This document shows, piece after piece, positions 61,003 to 64,000 of a stretch of 64,000 bases of DNA (positions within the stretch are counted from its first letter, which is position 1; every line of letters begins with the position of its first letter). The stretch is from Candidatus Omnitrophota bacterium (GTDB lineage: Bacteria > Omnitrophota > Gorgyraeia > Zapsychrales > Zapsychraceae). The notes beneath the pieces were generated by a model. It searched no databases and was not told the origin of the DNA. It was given only the letters and a program-made list of their open reading frames with translations. The stretch is from NCBI GenBank assembly GCA_015233115.1, contig JADFYJ010000014.1, forward strand, positions 11,028-75,027, in the 5' to 3' direction. Position numbers and translations under genes: made by a program.

Positions 61003-62592
61003 ATGGTAAAAAAATTTTTGATCATAGGGGTGACCCTCATGAGTTTGGCAGGGATGGCATGGGCGCAGAAAATGACGCTGAATGCCTATTATCCTGCGCC
61101 AAAGGGGACTTATAAAGCTATGCGTCTCGTTCCTACACTTTTGGGTGATCTTATCCCAAATTCTCCGGAGGGTACTTTACAAGTATTGGATAATGGCGCT
61201 AGTACGATTCCTCAATATACTCTTGATGTATCTCAGGGGGATGATAATAAGCGGATAAATTTGACACCCTGGTTTGAGAGAAATCATATCGCGCAATTAA
61301 TGAATAGCGCTTCCAATGTGGGTATTGGTACCTCTGGGCCTGGAGCGAAATTGGAGGTTAAAGGTACAGGGACAGGTTCAGTTCTTATAGGGCAAGTGGC
61401 CGGGGCAGGGTTTGAAATGTTTGGAGGCATAGGTTTAGCTGGATCTCTCAGTAGTACTGCCTATAACTTTGCGAGTAGTAGCAGTACAACAGCAGGGTTT
61501 AGAAATTTATTTATTAATGTTCCAACTGGACAAATGATTAGATTTCGTGAGAACAATTCGACGGATAATATGACTATCGCGGCAGGAGGTAATGTTGGAA
61601 TAGGAACGACTAGTCCTGCTCAGAAATTACAAGTGGGGGATAGCAAAAACACTTCCAGTAATATTATTAGAATAACAAATGCTGGAACGTCAAATGTTCC
61701 TGAGTTAATCTCTTATTTCGCCTCTGGCAGTCGGGAATGGGTGAGTGGAGCGGGAGGAGGGGCTGGAAAATATATTATTGGCGTGGGGCCAGCGAACTAC
61801 ACTCAAGCGGGTGTTATGGCATCTGCTAAATTGACTATAGATGAAAAAGGCAATGTCGGAATAGGTACGACCGTTCCTAGCGCAACTTTGGATATTAACG
61901 GCGGTATTAATACTCCCATAGGAACATCAAATGATGGTAAAGCTGGATATTTTTTTGGAGGAGATTCAAGCTCTGGATTATTTGCTGTTAAAGGTCCAGT
62001 GGGTGATTACCAAGATTTTGTCTTGAAAACCCAAGGGACCACATTTTTGTATGCTGATATTAGACCAGGCTATGATTATAAAGGAGTTTTTAACGGGAAC
62101 GCTGCTAGAGTTGGAATAGGTACAACAGATCCACAATCTACATTAGATGTGGCTGGCAACATTCGGGTAGGAACTTCTTCTGCCGAGCATCCGGTGTGTG
62201 GTTCTGCTAATGAAGGAGCCATACGGTATTATAAACCTAATACGAATCCTGGAGTGATGCAATATTGCAATGGTGTAGAGTATGTTCCTATGGGGAGCAC
62301 TCAAGTCATTGCTAAGAACGTTTATAAGGATATTGGTAATGAGGACATTACTTTGCCCAATTATCCTGATGGGTCAACAGCCGAATATAGTGAGTGTGTG
62401 GTGGGCGTTAATCTTAAAGGTATTAATTTTGATGATTATAGTGATGGAGACTGGAAGTACTTGTATGCTTATGCGAAATCCGCAGCGAATAATAATAAGG
62501 CCAACATTACCTGTACATTTAAATGGGATAGTGGTCAAGGTCGAAGTAGTAGTGTAAAAAAATGTGATGTTAATGTAATTTGTGTAAAATAA
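61003..62592 (+). CDS. Exported VGIGT-repeat fibre/adhesin-like protein
   Basis: Signal peptide, TLNAYYPAPKG motif, four (N/R)VGIGT repeats, Cys-containing C-terminal module; AGGAG RBS. Confidence 0.7.
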   Translation: MVKKFLIIGVTLMSLAGMAWAQKMTLNAYYPAPKGTYKAMRLVPTLLGDLIPNSPEGTLQVLDNGASTIPQYTLDVSQGDDNKRINLTPWFERNHIAQLMNSASNVGIGTSGPGAKLEVKGTGTGSVLIGQVAGAGFEMFGGIGLAGSLSSTAYNFASSSSTTAGFRNLFINVPTGQMIRFRENNSTDNMTIAAGGNVGIGTTSPAQKLQVGDSKNTSSNIIRITNAGTSNVPELISYFASGSREWVSGAGGGAGKYIIGVGPANYTQAGVMASAKLTIDEKGNVGIGTTVPSATLDINGGINTPIGTSNDGKAGYFFGGDSSSGLFAVKGPVGDYQDFVLKTQGTTFLYADIRPGYDYKGVFNGNAARVGIGTTDPQSTLDVAGNIRVGTSSAEHPVCGSANEGAIRYYKPNTNPGVMQYCNGVEYVPMGSTQVIAKNVYKDIGNEDITLPNYPDGSTAEYSECVVGVNLKGINFDDYSDGDWKYLYAYAKSAANNNKANITCTFKWDSGQGRSSSVKKCDVNVICVK

Positions 62593-62624
62593 AATGTGTG
62601 CCTATTATTGTTTGTTAAAAATAT

Positions 62625-64000
62625 ATGTCAAAAAAATATCATATCGCTATCATCGGCGCAGGCGTGGGCGGGTTAGCAACGGCTTGCCGGCTGGCTCATT
62701 GCGGGTATCACGTCGAAGTTTTTGAAAAATTGCCAGAATGCGGCGGCCGGGCACACCTGATTGAAGATCGCGGGTTTAAGTTTGATACCGGGCCTTCGTT
62801 TGTCTTGATGCCGGATTTTTTTCGGGAAGTCTATGAATTTTGCGGCGAGCGCTTAGACGATCACTTGAAATTAAAGGTACTGGATGTTAATTATAAAATA
62901 TTTTATCCCGATGGTGAGGCTTTAACGGTTTACCGTGATTTGGAAAAGTCCGCGCAGGAATTGGAAAGAATTGAAAAAGGAAGTATCCCGCAGTATTACG
63001 CTTTTCTGAAATATACCGGTAACATTTATAAAACTGTTGAGCCGTTGTTATATCAATGTTTTTCTCTCCGTTCTTTATTGGACATAAAAAATTGGGCCTT
63101 GCTTGGGAAATTAAAGCCATGGTTGTCGTACTGGGAATTGGCCTCCCGATATTTTAAGTCGGAAAAACTCCGCTATGCTTTTACGTTTGAGGCGATGTTC
63201 ATGGGTGTCTCGCCGTTTAAAGCTCCTTCGTTTTACAGTATTATTACGTATACTGATCACGTGCAAAAAATTGCTCATCCAATGGGCGGAATGGCGGAGA
63301 TTCCTAAATCATTGGAACGCCTGGCAGTCAAGAAGGGCGCGCGATTTTATTACAACGCGGAAGTGACTCATGTCGAGCCTAAAAATGACCAGGTCAGCGT
63401 GACAGTGAATAATGAAGAAAAAATATTTGATAAAGTGGTCTTTAACGCGGACTATTGCCATTCCCGGGCTGATGTTTTAAAGCGCAATTTGCCGGATTAT
63501 ACATATTCGTGTTCCGTGTATCTGATTTATCTGGGTTTGAAGAAAAAAGTGAAAGGCTTAGAACATCACAATCTTTTTTTTGCCAAAGATTTGCGCCGGA
63601 ATTTAAGAGAAATATTCGCGGATAATGTCACGCCGGATGACCCTTCGTTTTATATTCATGTGCCCACCGTAACGGATCCATCATTAGCGCCGGAAGGAAA
63701 AGATATTCTTTATATACTAATTCCGGTCGCGAATTTGAAGAATGGCCCCAGTGATGTGCCGGCTAAGGAAAATGCCATCCGGCAATTGGTCTTTGGCAAG
63801 ATCAGGGAAATTATTGGCGAAGATGTGGACCCGTTGATTGAGGCGGAACATAAATTTTATCCGGAAGATTTTATCACGCGGTATAATATTAAATGCGGCG
63901 CCACGTTTGGTTTGGCGCATAATCTGATGCAGAGCGCGTTTTTCCGCCCAGTAAACTTTGATCAAAAAAGCAAAAATATTTTTTACGTCGGAGCCAGCAC
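62625..64000 (+). CDS. crtI: Phytoene desaturase (CrtI) family protein, truncated by the window end; absent from the ORF track
   Basis: My translation: MSKKYHIAIIGAGVGGLATA..EVFEK..GGRA..GFKFDTGPSFVLMP; same frame at the end gives NIFYVGAS. Confidence 0.9.
   Translation, partial: MSKKYHIAIIGAGVGGLATACRLAHCGYHVEVFEKLPECGGRAHLIEDRGFKFDTGPSFVLMPDFFREVYEFCGERLDDHLKLKVLDVNYKIFYPDGEALTVYRDLEKSAQELERIEKGSIPQYYAFLKYTGNIYKTVEPLLYQCFSLRSLLDIKNWALLGKLKPWLSYWELASRYFKSEKLRYAFTFEAMFMGVSPFKAPSFYSIITYTDHVQKIAHPMGGMAEIPKSLERLAVKKGARFYYNAEVTHVEPKNDQVSVTVNNEEKIFDKVVFNADYCHSRADVLKRNLPDYTYSCSVYLIYLGLKKKVKGLEHHNLFFAKDLRRNLREIFADNVTPDDPSFYIHVPTVTDPSLAPEGKDILYILIPVANLKNGPSDVPAKENAIRQLVFGKIREIIGEDVDPLIEAEHKFYPEDFITRYNIKCGATFGLAHNLMQSAFFRPVNFDQKSKNIFYVGAS

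Noticed and set aside
61003-62592. Diversity-generating retroelement target or prophage tail gene
   Set aside because: No reverse transcriptase, no TR/VR pair differing at adenines and no phage genes are seen in the window.

Overview
A 64-kb, AT-rich, gene-dense bacterial chromosome segment, mostly on the + strand. No rRNA, tRNA, CRISPR array, transposase or prophage was recognised. The gene inventory resembles Candidatus Omnitrophota/PVC-type genomes; this is an inference only. Gene order: thermonuclease, YhcG nuclease, AddA/AddB-type helicase-nuclease, three tandem TMTC-like GT-C/TPR membrane proteins, yggS-proC-mtnP-ileS-dksA-lspA-rluD, aroA, a hicB-hicA module, gap, a GT2 and a PEGA gene (- strand), mreBCD-mrdA-rodA, another GT-C/TPR gene, and a type IV pilus motor block (stand-alone MshEN protein, two PilB ATPases, PilC). 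The pilus block runs directly into a large chemosensory/two-component cluster (CheX-like, 2x PilZ, CheW, CheV, CheR, CheB, split CheA, CheD, CheC, CheY, several kinases and regulators, no chemoreceptor). The window ends with isoprenoid/carotenoid genes and a VGIGT-repeat surface protein. Two features stand out. (1) Most intergenic gaps hold members of a modular, transcription-oriented element family: a G-rich 7/8-mer tandem arm, an AAAA(G)CGATT motif, an A-rich then T-rich spacer, and a complementary tandem arm. These often carry REP-like hairpins of at least four families. (2) The pilus-linked chemosensory system is rich in predicted c-di-GMP receptors, and its CheA is split into a double-Hpt protein and a separate kinase core.
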